Assembly (NCBI GenBank): GCA_045863335.1 | Contig: BTVY01000075.1 | Coordinates: 1 to 20,734 of the forward strand | DNA from: Candidatus Hydrogenedentota bacterium | GTDB taxonomy: Bacteria; Hydrogenedentota; Hydrogenedentia; Hydrogenedentales; SLHB01 | DNA length: 20,734 nucleotides | Direction: 5' to 3' | Part shown: positions 6,760 through 16,225 of the stretch, in pieces | Layout of the letters: each line of letters opens with the position of its first letter | Position numbering within the stretch: the first letter of the stretch is position 1 | Position numbers and translations under genes: made by a program | The notes under the pieces: model-generated | What the model saw: only the letters and a program-made list of their open reading frames with translations | Database searches by the model: none | What the model was told of the DNA's origin: nothing

Positions 6760-7971
6760 ATGTCCACCGTATCCACGTCACCGCTTGCGCTAAAAGGGGG
6801 TGCCCCGGTTCGTTCCGCTGAGAAGGCCTGGCCGAAGTGGCCAGTCTTCGATGACTTGGAGCGGCAAGCACTAATGGACGTGTTGGAAAGCGGGAAGTGG
6901 TTTCTCAGCGACCGCGTCGCCCAGTTTGAGAAGGAGTACGCGGCGTTCCAGGACGCGAAATACTGCGTTGCGGTGAACAGTGGCACGGCGGCGCTGGAAA
7001 TCATGCTCCAGGCCTTGGGCGTGGGGCACGGCGATGAAGTCATTGTGCCGCCGTATACCTTCGTGGCAACGGCGAGCGCGGTCCTGCGCGTGGGCGCGGA
7101 AGTGACCTTCGTGGACGTGGACGAAACCTGGAACCTGAACCCGGACCTCATCGAAGCCGCCATCACGGAACGCACGAAAGCCATCATCCCGGTGCATTTT
7201 GCGAGCGCCGTCGCCGATATGGATCGGATCAACGCCATCGCCGAGAAACACGGTCTCGCGGTCGTCGAGGATGCTTGCCATTCCTGGGGCTCCAAGTGGA
7301 AGGGCAAAGGCACCGGCGCGCTCGGCAAAGGTGGCGCATTCAGCTTCCAGATGTCGAAGAACATGACGGCCGGTGAGGGCGGAGTAATCACAACGGATGA
7401 CGAAGACTTCGGCGATTTGTGCCGGTCCATCTCGAACTGCGGCCGTCACAAAGGCGCCGCGTGGTACGAGCACACGGAAGTGGGCACGAACGCGCGCATG
7501 GGCGAGTTTGGCGCGGCGGTTCTGAGCGCACAATTGACGCGCCTGGAAGCGCAGACGCTTCTGCGCGAGAAGAACGGCGCGTTCCTCAACGAGCACCTAT
7601 CCGCCATCGAGGGCATCACGCCGCAGCCGGGCGACTCCCGCATGACGCGGCGCGCCTACCACCTCTATGGCATGAAAATCGACCCGGAGAAGTTCGGCTG
7701 CTCGCGCGACCAGATCGTCGACGCGGCCAAGGCGGAAGGGCTTCCCTGTGGCGGCGGCTACATCCGTCCCCTGCACAAGCAGCCGGTCTTCCTGAATCGC
7801 AAGGGTGGACCGGACTACACGAAGGTGTCGTGTCCGGTTGCGGAAGACATGTGTGACCGCAGCGTCATCTGGTTCACTCACCCCCTGCTGCTCGGTACGC
7901 AACAAGATATGCAGGACATCGTCGACATCTTCACCAAGATCAAGGAACACGCCGGGGAGTTGGCAGAGTAG
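6760..7971 (+). CDS. DegT/DnrJ/EryC1/StrS family PLP aminotransferase (BtrR/RifK-like)
   Basis: Start at ATG 6760 (GGGAG RBS). LALKGG.PVR, NSGTAAL, GDEVIVPPYTFVATA, TKAIIPVH, VEDACHS.G, SFQMSKNMTAGEGG. Confidence 0.93.
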   Translation: MSTVSTSPLALKGGAPVRSAEKAWPKWPVFDDLERQALMDVLESGKWFLSDRVAQFEKEYAAFQDAKYCVAVNSGTAALEIMLQALGVGHGDEVIVPPYTFVATASAVLRVGAEVTFVDVDETWNLNPDLIEAAITERTKAIIPVHFASAVADMDRINAIAEKHGLAVVEDACHSWGSKWKGKGTGALGKGGAFSFQMSKNMTAGEGGVITTDDEDFGDLCRSISNCGRHKGAAWYEHTEVGTNARMGEFGAAVLSAQLTRLEAQTLLREKNGAFLNEHLSAIEGITPQPGDSRMTRRAYHLYGMKIDPEKFGCSRDQIVDAAKAEGLPCGGGYIRPLHKQPVFLNRKGGPDYTKVSCPVAEDMCDRSVIWFTHPLLLGTQQDMQDIVDIFTKIKEHAGELAE

Positions 7972-8205
7972 TACGGGACTTCTTACGCAAACACGACAAC
8001 CAAGGATGGCGTTACTTTGAAGTGCGGCCGCGCCCCAGCGTGGCTGCTATCTCTTTTGTATCGGCAGTGTGTCCTAAGAATTTTGGTACCATTCAAGATG
8101 GCGGAGCGTCCAATTGATTTGACAAGGTGATTGGAACGTCTTAGGTCCGGCTTCAATTCTCACAAGCAAAGCAGCCGCGAGCGGCCGCACTCCATAGGGG
8201 GATAC

Positions 8206-10938
8206 ATGTTAGAACTGCTCCTCGTACTTGGCGTTGATTTCTCGGCGCAGATCCCCGAAGGCACGACTCATACCAACTCCATCGGCATGGAACTCGTGCG
8301 GATCGAGTCCGGCTCCTTCGAGATGGGATTCGAAGGCGACTTGCCGGAAGCAATCACGGGGCGCCCCTGGCGCACGACGGGGGATGCGGATGAGAGGCCC
8401 GTGCATTCCGTCACCATTTCCCAGCCCTTCTACATGGGCACGACTGAAGTGACCAACGCCCAATACGAAGCCTTCGATCCCGCGCATAAGGACTTGCGCG
8501 GCAAACTGAAGTACTCCAGCGAAGACGATGAGGCCGTCGTCTTCGTCAGTTGGAATGACGCCGTCGCTTTCTGCGAATGGCTTTCCGAAAAAGAGGCCCG
8601 GCCGTACCGGCTCCCGACGGAGGCCGAGTGGGAGTACGCGTGCCGCGCGGGCTCGACCTCCTACTACCACACGGGAGACACGTTGCCGGAAGGCCACCTG
8701 CAGAACCCCGGTGTGTCGTGGTATCCGGACCCCGAACGCTCGTCCGACGAACCCGCTATCGCCTTGCATGTGAGCAAGACGCCGCCCAATGCCTGGGGAC
8801 TCCACGATATGCACGGCAACGTGGAGGAATGGTGTTTGGACTGGTACGGGCCTTACGTGGAAGGGCCGCAAAAGGATCCCGTGGGACGTGCGGGTGGCGA
8901 TTTTCGCGTGGCGCGCGGAGGCAGCCATTCGACGGAACCGTTCTACTTGCGTTCGGCCAACCGCGCGGCGACTTTGCCGGACGAACGGAACTGGGTAATC
9001 GGATTCCGCGTGGTGATTGGCGAGATGCCGGACACCGAACCGCAGCCAGTTCCTGAACCAGCCCGCTGGCAGGAGGATGTTCGCACGGACCGCCCTGATG
9101 AGTACGGGTCGCAGTCGACTGCTGATGTGCCCTTCTTTCGCGGTCCACAGAAGTATGTTCACGTACCGGAGGGCTCGAACGGTCCCATCTTCTCACAACA
9201 CAACCACTGCCCGGCCATCGTCGAATGTCCGAACGGCGATCTGCTCGCCATCTGGTACTCCTGCTACGAAGAGCGAGGCAGGGAATTGTGCATCGTCGCC
9301 AGCCGTTTGCGCTACGGCCAGGACGAATGGGACGAGGCGGAGATGTTCTGGGACGCGCCGGACCGGAACGATCACGCATCGGCCCTGTGGTTTGACGGCG
9401 ACAAAACGCTCTACCACTTTAACGGGCTCAGCGTTGCGGCCACGTGGGGCAATCTGGCAACCGTGATGCGGACCTCGACGGACAGTGGCAAGACCTGGTC
9501 GAATGCGCGTTTGATCGTTCCCGAACACAGCCTGCGCCATATGCCGATCGAGTCGGTTTTTCGCACACGGGAAGGCGCGATTCTGCTGCCATGCGACGCG
9601 GTCACGGGCGGAAATGGGGGAACGGCGATTCATCTCAGCTACGACGACGGGCTTACGTGGACCGACCCGGGCGGCACGATTGCCGGGATTCACGCGGGCG
9701 TCACCCAGTTGGCCGACGGACGGCTCATGGCACTCGGACGGGGCGACACCATCGACGAACGCATGCCGAGGAGCATTTCAGATGACTTGGGCAAAACCTG
9801 GACTTACGAGCCGTCACCCTTCCCACCCATCGGCGGCGGCCAGCGTCTGGTCCTCACGCGGTTGCAGGAAGGCCCGCTCTTCTTCGCGTCGTTTGCGCCC
9901 GAGGTGATGTTCACGGACGCGACCGGCGCCGAGCGAGTCGGGACCGGGTTGTTTGGCGCGCTTTCCTTTGACGACGGCGAAACCTGGCCCATCAAGCGCC
10001 TGATCGCGGATGACGGGGCGGGACGCGACGTGGAAGCAATGGACGGCAGGATGTTTCCTCTGGATGGCAGCCACGCAGAGCCCAAGGGATACCTGTCCGT
10101 GTGCCAAGGCCAGGATGGTACGATCCATCTCATCAGCAGCCGGCAACACTACGCGTTTAACCTGGCGTGGCTGAAGACGCCCGCTCCCCCGCCATTCCTC
10201 GAAAACGGCGTGACCGCCCATCGGGGAGACTCCATCGCGCATCCGGAAAACACCATGCCCGCCTTTGAAAGCGCCCTCGCCCTTGGAGTGGATTGGATTG
10301 AGTGCGACGTGTTTGCGACGAAGGACGATAGACTCGTGGTCATTCACGACGAGACGACCGAGCGTGTGGGAGACGCGAATGTCGTGGTATCGCAAACGGT
10401 TTACGACGCACTTGCGTCCATCGATATAGCGCATGCCTTTCGCGCGGAGAGGGGCTTATCTGTGGAGCAGTGCCCACGGCAGGAGATTCCGCTACTGTCT
10501 GATGTGCTCGCTCTCATTCTGAATCAGCACAGCACGCGGTTATCGATTCAACCCAAGGCCGACGTTGTGGACGAGTGTATCGCGCTTGTCCGGCGCACGG
10601 GCGCCGAACCGTGGGTCGGTTTCAACGACATGGACCTCGCCAAGATGGCCCGCGTCAAAACGGTGGCCCCCGAACTCCCCGTGTTCTGGGACCGGCCGGA
10701 GGATTTGGACGTCGCCGCGGACATCGAAACCGCGCACGCGCACGGCTTCGAGGCCATGGTTGTGCATAGCAAAGGGATCACCCCGGAAGTAGTCGCAGCC
10801 ATTTCAGACGCGGGAATCGAGCCCGGTGCCTGGACGGTCAATGACGAGTCCGAACTGAAACGTCTCGATGCGCTCGGCGTAAAACGCATCTACACCGACG
10901 TGCCGGAAGCGCTATTGGCACTGCGCGCGGCCGAGTGA
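8206..10938 (+). CDS. Multidomain protein: FGE-sulfatase (SUMF1-like) + BNR/sialidase-like propeller + glycerophosphodiester phosphodiesterase
   Basis: Start at ATG 8206 (AGGGGG RBS). EVTNAQY, RLPTEAEWEYACRAG, PNAWGLHDMHGNVEEW, GFRVV; four Asp-boxes (STDSGKTW, SYDDGLTW, SDDLGKTW, SFDDGETW); AHRG..PENT, IECDV, VIHD, WTVND, IYTD. Confidence 0.9.
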   Translation: MLELLLVLGVDFSAQIPEGTTHTNSIGMELVRIESGSFEMGFEGDLPEAITGRPWRTTGDADERPVHSVTISQPFYMGTTEVTNAQYEAFDPAHKDLRGKLKYSSEDDEAVVFVSWNDAVAFCEWLSEKEARPYRLPTEAEWEYACRAGSTSYYHTGDTLPEGHLQNPGVSWYPDPERSSDEPAIALHVSKTPPNAWGLHDMHGNVEEWCLDWYGPYVEGPQKDPVGRAGGDFRVARGGSHSTEPFYLRSANRAATLPDERNWVIGFRVVIGEMPDTEPQPVPEPARWQEDVRTDRPDEYGSQSTADVPFFRGPQKYVHVPEGSNGPIFSQHNHCPAIVECPNGDLLAIWYSCYEERGRELCIVASRLRYGQDEWDEAEMFWDAPDRNDHASALWFDGDKTLYHFNGLSVAATWGNLATVMRTSTDSGKTWSNARLIVPEHSLRHMPIESVFRTREGAILLPCDAVTGGNGGTAIHLSYDDGLTWTDPGGTIAGIHAGVTQLADGRLMALGRGDTIDERMPRSISDDLGKTWTYEPSPFPPIGGGQRLVLTRLQEGPLFFASFAPEVMFTDATGAERVGTGLFGALSFDDGETWPIKRLIADDGAGRDVEAMDGRMFPLDGSHAEPKGYLSVCQGQDGTIHLISSRQHYAFNLAWLKTPAPPPFLENGVTAHRGDSIAHPENTMPAFESALALGVDWIECDVFATKDDRLVVIHDETTERVGDANVVVSQTVYDALASIDIAHAFRAERGLSVEQCPRQEIPLLSDVLALILNQHSTRLSIQPKADVVDECIALVRRTGAEPWVGFNDMDLAKMARVKTVAPELPVFWDRPEDLDVAADIETAHAHGFEAMVVHSKGITPEVVAAISDAGIEPGAWTVNDESELKRLDALGVKRIYTDVPEALLALRAAE

Positions 10939-10945
10939 CGCTATT

Positions 10946-12058
10946 TCAACGTTCTCCCGTCAGACTACGAATCAATGTAACCTCCGCCGGGTCGAAAGGC
11001 GTGCCGTCCGGCCGGAGGATGTCGTGGAACCAGGTCGGCGGCTCTTCGGCAAATTCCTTCGTCCACGATTCCCAGGGGTAGATTGTCTGTGACTTGCCCG
11101 AGACAAGGCCCCAGTTGTAGGCGCCGATGTTTTGGTCCTTCAGATACGGCATCACGTCATTGAATATGCTCCCTGCCGTACGGGCCATGTACTCCGTACA
11201 GACGATGGGCCGGCCGTACTGCGCCAAGGATTCCACCCGACTGCGCACCTCATCAATCGGCGCGTAGCTGTGGAAGCTGATGAAGTCAGAATGATCCAGC
11301 ATGAACTTATTCAGCGGCGACAGCGCCTGCGGGTCGGCCCAGTCACCCGTCCATACGCCGACCGTCAAGGGCTGACTCGGCTGCGCATCGCGCGCCCAAC
11401 GATAGACCTGTTCGAGAAATGACAACGACATCGCTTCCTTGTTCGGAAGGTCCAAGCTGCCGTAACTGTTCGCGTTGTTATTGCCGGGCTCGTTATAGAG
11501 GTCCCAGCCCAAAACGCGCGCATCGTCGCGGAAGCGCGTCAGAACGGCGGTGACGTACGGTTCCACCTCGGCGTAACGTGCGGGATCCTTGAGGATCTCC
11601 ACCGATGGGCCTTGCACCCATCCCGAATTGTGCAGGTGTGGTTTTGGATCGCGTTGCTTGCCCGCCTGCGGCAGAGGGTCCCAGCACGAATCGAACAGCA
11701 CAAACAGCGGGGCGATGCCGTGCCGGTTGGCGATGGCGAGAAACTGGTCCATGCGATCCAGAAAACCGTCGGGGTCGTCGCGATACGGAATATCGTGTAG
11801 ATACACACGAACGGTATTGAAACCTAGCCCCGCCGCGTAACCCAGCTCGCGATCGTTGATGTCTGCATCAAACGTGTCGGCCTGCCACATTTCCAGTTGG
11901 TTGATGGCGGAACTGGGGATGTAGTTGCACCCCGCGAGCCAGGGACGTGCGGCGTACCAGGCGTTTATCGATTCCACGCTCCACCGTTCGTCCGATGATG
12001 TTTGTGTCTGGTTCGCCGCCGCCAACATGATCGCGAGAACTAAGTGCGCATACAACAC
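10946..12058 (-). CDS. Secreted glycoside hydrolase family 5 (GH5_13-like)
   Basis: Probable GTG start at 12058 after AGGAGG (track start 12079); short signal-like N-terminus; W..E....WY...PWL.G.NY.P..AINQLEMWQ, WDLYNEP (acid/base), SFHSY, CTEY (nucleophile). Subfamily is from recall. Confidence 0.85.
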   Translation of the reverse strand: MLYAHLVLAIMLAAANQTQTSSDERWSVESINAWYAARPWLAGCNYIPSSAINQLEMWQADTFDADINDRELGYAAGLGFNTVRVYLHDIPYRDDPDGFLDRMDQFLAIANRHGIAPLFVLFDSCWDPLPQAGKQRDPKPHLHNSGWVQGPSVEILKDPARYAEVEPYVTAVLTRFRDDARVLGWDLYNEPGNNNANSYGSLDLPNKEAMSLSFLEQVYRWARDAQPSQPLTVGVWTGDWADPQALSPLNKFMLDHSDFISFHSYAPIDEVRSRVESLAQYGRPIVCTEYMARTAGSIFNDVMPYLKDQNIGAYNWGLVSGKSQTIYPWESWTKEFAEEPPTWFHDILRPDGTPFDPAEVTLIRSLTGER

Positions 12059-12086
12059 GACGAATCCCCTCCTATTCACTTTGGCT

Positions 12087-13604
12087 CTACTGGTTCGCTT
12101 TCAATGCGTCGTACAGTCGGTGGTAGCCTTCCATGTCCTCCAGCCGTAGCAGAATCAAGTATTCCATTGAGAAGCGGGTTTCTCCAAATTCGATGGACCG
12201 TTTGCGAGGCGAACGATCGCTTGTCTTCACAAACTTGAGCGTATGCGTGCCTGCGGACAGGTCATGCAAGTCGAAATCATGTACGATAAACTGCGATTCC
12301 GTCACCACCATATCGACAGGAAGGCCGATAGGCTTGTCGTCGAGGACCGGTTGCCAGATCGCCCCGGTTTGTGCGTCTTCAAATAGACCGCTAATTCGAT
12401 AACGACCCGCCTCGTCGACCGTGAAGTCAAAGGCGATCGATGCACTGTCAACGCTTGCGTAATAGGTCGTTCCCACGTGGGCCGGGACGATCCGGCCCTC
12501 CGGCTCAGCCTGATGCGCCAGCGTCGACACGGGGATGATGCGGTACGGAGCGATGCGCTGCTCTGCCGGCGGGAGCGCTTCGTCAATGGTGACGACGGGA
12601 TTCTGGTACCAATACGCCACGGAACTGATCCAGTCGGGACGCTCCTTCGAACTGCCGATGCTGTCTGCACCGGCCCCAGCCGTTTCGTCCACGACGCTGC
12701 CGCGATGCTCTATGGTGAAACGAATCGATTCGTCGAAAGGAATGGGATCGGCGATGTGCCAGCGATAGGCGGTCAGCCGGTCGCTCGCGAAGACCCCCTC
12801 GTACAAGGAGACACCATGGTAGGGCGTGTTGAATTCGCGAAATCCCCAAGCGTCATTGAAGTAATCCTCCGTTCCCGTTCCCCGGAGTCGCGGCAACTCC
12901 TCGCCATCGATGTAGATGAAGTCGTCCCCTTCTCCGAACCACCCAATCTCCACCTGCTGAACGGAATAGACGGTGCCCACGTAGTGTCCGCGGCCGGTTG
13001 TTTCGAGGATGGTGTAATGTCCCGGTGGCGCGGGCATGGATTGCCGGTATTCGGCGTGGAAGTACAGGGTATCCTCGGGCAGGCTTTCGAGCTTTCGCCA
13101 GTCCAGGTAGAAGTAAAAAGAAGGCACGGGGTAAACGGTTGACTCGTTGGTCACCGTAACTTTGACGTGCTCCCGGAAGGGCATCTGCCAGTAACACGTG
13201 CGCGACAGGCCGTACGAAGACGTGGCCACGGGAAGCGACGTGAAGTTCTTCGATACGCCATGGCCCACACCGAAGAAGTCGCCCAGCGGCGCCTGCACGC
13301 TGGGCTCAGTGTTTCCATCGTAGTAGATTCGCAACACGACGGACCGGCCGTAAAACGGATCGAACGCCGCGATGGTGTTCCAGAAATGCGTAATGACCCC
13401 AGGACCGTTGACGTCGAGGAGCGTCAGCGTTTCGCCCACGTTCATCGACAGCAGATCCCCGTTGCTCGTCAAGTCTGGACTGGAACTGCTGGCGCGCTGG
13501 GCTGTACCCGGTACCGGGCGAGTAAGCGCGCCGAGATCGCCCAAGTCTGGTGTCTGCGACGCGACTGCGCATGCCATTACACAAGAAAGGATTACAGATC
13601 GCAT
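12087..13604 (-). CDS. DUF2961 / glycoside hydrolase family 172 protein with a C-terminal beta-sandwich extension
   Basis: Start at ATG 13604 (GAGGGG RBS), signal peptide; GPGVITHFW, LRIYYDG...PSV.APLGDFFG, MPF, WFGEGDD.IYIDG, GTGTEDYF, YRWHIADPIPF, SVAYWYQ. Confidence 0.9.
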   Translation of the reverse strand: MRSVILSCVMACAVASQTPDLGDLGALTRPVPGTAQRASSSSPDLTSNGDLLSMNVGETLTLLDVNGPGVITHFWNTIAAFDPFYGRSVVLRIYYDGNTEPSVQAPLGDFFGVGHGVSKNFTSLPVATSSYGLSRTCYWQMPFREHVKVTVTNESTVYPVPSFYFYLDWRKLESLPEDTLYFHAEYRQSMPAPPGHYTILETTGRGHYVGTVYSVQQVEIGWFGEGDDFIYIDGEELPRLRGTGTEDYFNDAWGFREFNTPYHGVSLYEGVFASDRLTAYRWHIADPIPFDESIRFTIEHRGSVVDETAGAGADSIGSSKERPDWISSVAYWYQNPVVTIDEALPPAEQRIAPYRIIPVSTLAHQAEPEGRIVPAHVGTTYYASVDSASIAFDFTVDEAGRYRISGLFEDAQTGAIWQPVLDDKPIGLPVDMVVTESQFIVHDFDLHDLSAGTHTLKFVKTSDRSPRKRSIEFGETRFSMEYLILLRLEDMEGYHRLYDALKANQ

Positions 13605-13743
13605 AGTGCCCCTCGTAAGTTTGAATGACACGGTATGTTGCCTTTGGGGCGCCGTCGCATGCAAGCAATTTCACCGCGAGGCCAGTCTCGCGGTATGCTT
13701 AACGTTTCCCAATACGGCGGAATGCTGCAAGGAGCGGTCGACA

Positions 13744-14361
13744 ATGGGTTTCTACAGCACACGGGTGTGTCCCTGCCTTTTGGATGTCGTTATGGGCGGA
13801 AAACAGTTCGCCCATACACGGCCGGAGGTGCTGGAGGACGCTCGCGGAAAGGTGTTCGAGATTGGGTTCGGCTCTGGACACAATCTGCCGTACTACCCGG
13901 AACACATCACGAACCTGACCACGATAGATCCGAATCCGGGACTCAACAAGATTGCGCGAAAACGAATTGCGGACAGCCCCATCGACGTGGAATTGCACCA
14001 ACTCCATGGTGAAAACCTGCCGATGGACGATGAAACCTTCGACACCGTCGTCAGCACGTGGACCTTGTGCAGCATTGCCGGGGTCGAGCAGGCCCTATCC
14101 GAGCTGAGGCGGGTACTCAAATCCGACGGGCAACTGCTGTTCGTCGAGCACGGCCTCGCCGATACGCCGCGTACGCAGTGGTGGCAACACAAGCTCACGC
14201 CCCTCCAGAAGCTGATCGGCGACGGGTGCCACTTCAATCGCGATATCAAGGAGCTCATCGAGGGGGCCGGCTTTCGGTTCGAGCAATACGAGAACTTCTG
14301 TTTTCGCGGCATCCCCAAGTTTGCGGGGTACCAGTATAAAGGCATCGCGGTGAAAGGGTAG
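13744..14361 (+). CDS. Class I SAM-dependent methyltransferase
   Basis: Start at ATG 13744 after AAGGAG; VFEIGFGSGHN, IDPN, ENLPM.DETFDTVVSTWTLCS, RVLK..G.LLFVEHG, GCHFNRD. Confidence 0.92.
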   Translation: MGFYSTRVCPCLLDVVMGGKQFAHTRPEVLEDARGKVFEIGFGSGHNLPYYPEHITNLTTIDPNPGLNKIARKRIADSPIDVELHQLHGENLPMDDETFDTVVSTWTLCSIAGVEQALSELRRVLKSDGQLLFVEHGLADTPRTQWWQHKLTPLQKLIGDGCHFNRDIKELIEGAGFRFEQYENFCFRGIPKFAGYQYKGIAVKG

Positions 14362-14396
14362 AATCCAAAGTACGGAGTTTTGGGGGAGCAATTACT

Positions 14397-15767
14397 ATGT
14401 CGATCAAAGTAGCAATGATTGGCGCCGGAAGCATCGGATTCACGCGCCGGTTGCTCCAGGATATCTTGACGGTACCGGAACTTCAGGACACCGAGTTCGC
14501 GTTTACGGACATCAACCGGCAGAACCTTGACATGGTCGCGCAACTCGCGCGGCGCGACATCAAGGCTAATCGACTCGCCGCGAAAGTGTCGGCCACGACC
14601 AACCGGCGACGCGCGCTCGAGGGTGCTGACTACGTGTTCAGCCTGGTGCGAGTCGGCGGGCTGGAGGCGTTCAAGACCGACGTTGAGATCCCGCTCAAGT
14701 ATGGCATCGACCAGTGTGTGGGAGACACCATTTGCGCGGGCGGAATCATGTATGGCCAGCGCGGCATTCCCGTGTTGCTGGATTTCTGCCAAGACATTCG
14801 CGAGGTAGCCGCGCCCGGCTGCGTGTTCATGAACTACTCGAACCCCATGGCCATGCTCACGTGGGCCTGCAATCGGCACGGTGGCGTAAAGACCATCGGC
14901 CTGTGCCATGGCGTGCACCATTCCTGGGAGCAGATTGCAGACGTCCTTGGCCTCCCCATGAGTGAGGTCGACGTGGTCGCGGCGGGAATCAACCACCAGA
15001 CGTGGTTCATCAAGGTGGAACACAAGGGCCGCGATATGACGGGAAAGTTGCTGGCGGGATTCGAAAAGCATCCCGTTTACAGCAAGACCGAGAAGGTGCG
15101 CATCGACATGCTGCGCCGCTTCGGCTACTACACGACCGAAAGCAACGGCCACGTGTCAGAGTATGTGCCGTGGTACCGCAAACGGCCGAAGGAGATTGCG
15201 AAGTGGATTGACCGGCGCGACTGGATTCACGGCGAGACCGGCGGCTACCTGCGCATTTGCACAGAAACCCGCAATCAGTTCAAGAAGGATTTCGCGACGT
15301 GGATGAAGAAGCCCGCGCCGGTGTACTCGCCGGAGAACCGCTCCGCGGAGCATGGCAGTTATATCGTTGAGGCCATGGAAACGGGCCGCATCTATCGCGG
15401 CCACTTCAATACCATCAACAACGGCTGCATCACCAACCTGCCGCCGGACTGCGTCATCGAAGCGCCGGGATACGTGGACCGCACGGGGTTGAACATGACC
15501 TTGGTTGGCGATCTGCCGCTCGCCTGCGCCGCTACGTGCAACGTCAGCGTTCAAGTACAACGCATGGCCGTCGAGGCCGCAGTGCATGGCGATGTGAATT
15601 TGCTTAAGCAGGCCATGCTCCACGATCCGCTCGTGGGCGCAGTGTGCAACCCGCCGGAAGTGTGGGCGATGGTGGACGAGATGCTCGCCGCGCAGGCGAA
15701 GTGGTTACCGCAGTATTGCGCGGCGATTGCGCACCATCGAAGAAACGTCCGGAAAGCGCAACAGTGA
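14397..15767 (+). CDS. melA: NAD+-dependent glycoside hydrolase family 4, alpha-galactosidase-like
   Basis: KVAMIGAGS, ALEGADYV, IPLKYGIDQCVGDT, NYSNPM, GLCHG, GINHQ.W, TESNGH.SEY.PWY; GGGGAG RBS. Confidence 0.9.
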   Translation: MSIKVAMIGAGSIGFTRRLLQDILTVPELQDTEFAFTDINRQNLDMVAQLARRDIKANRLAAKVSATTNRRRALEGADYVFSLVRVGGLEAFKTDVEIPLKYGIDQCVGDTICAGGIMYGQRGIPVLLDFCQDIREVAAPGCVFMNYSNPMAMLTWACNRHGGVKTIGLCHGVHHSWEQIADVLGLPMSEVDVVAAGINHQTWFIKVEHKGRDMTGKLLAGFEKHPVYSKTEKVRIDMLRRFGYYTTESNGHVSEYVPWYRKRPKEIAKWIDRRDWIHGETGGYLRICTETRNQFKKDFATWMKKPAPVYSPENRSAEHGSYIVEAMETGRIYRGHFNTINNGCITNLPPDCVIEAPGYVDRTGLNMTLVGDLPLACAATCNVSVQVQRMAVEAAVHGDVNLLKQAMLHDPLVGAVCNPPEVWAMVDEMLAAQAKWLPQYCAAIAHHRRNVRKAQQ

Positions 15768-15831
15768 TCTCTCTGTCAATAGGACAGGCTACCCGGGCTG
15801 CGTACAATTAGGACCGTCAGCCCTTTCAAGA

Positions 15832-16149
15832 TCACCCCGCTGCTTTCCGAGGTTTGACGAATCGCACTTCCACATCGCGGCCGAGAGCCGACGCGACTCG
15901 TCGCAACATCGTCAATGAGTGACCTTCGTAATCCGCGCTCTCCAAACGGGAAATTACAGACGTCGTGGTTCCGACTTGCGCGGCAAGTTCACGCTGAGTC
16001 ATCCCGGATTTGGAGCGCAAATCGTATATTGCCCGTGCAATGGCAGCATTCTGCCGCTCCGCCTCGAGACTGGCCAACCGCTCCGGATTATCCCGGAAAT
16101 AGCGGCGCTGAAGAATATCGAGTGCGTCTGAACTCCTGCGACGTGCCAT
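15832..16149 (-). CDS. XRE/Cro-family HTH protein, HigA-like antitoxin
   Basis: 105 aa; IARAIYDLR...GMTQRELAA.VGTT.SVISRLE.ADYEGHSL.ML.RVA.ALG..VEVRF. Confidence 0.88.
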   Translation of the reverse strand: MARRRSSDALDILQRRYFRDNPERLASLEAERQNAAIARAIYDLRSKSGMTQRELAAQVGTTTSVISRLESADYEGHSLTMLRRVASALGRDVEVRFVKPRKAAG

Positions 16150-16225
16150 CTATTCAGTCCTTTGCAATATTTCGAAACGCGGATTCACTTTGGATTGGCG
16201 CTTTCGTTCGACCGAGATCGGATAC

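Noticed and set aside
8206-9020. Active formylglycine-generating enzyme maturing the nearby sulfatase
   Set aside because: The catalytic Cys pair is missing.
13372-13743. N-terminal extensions in the ORF track (also 6586, 8131, 19174, 19132, 13664, 6571, 4030)
   Set aside because: Downstream ATGs have RBSs and coincide with the start of family similarity; extensions overlap other genes, promoters or repeats.
13893-15152. 419-aa minus-strand ORF
   Set aside because: Antisense to the methyltransferase and GH4 genes.
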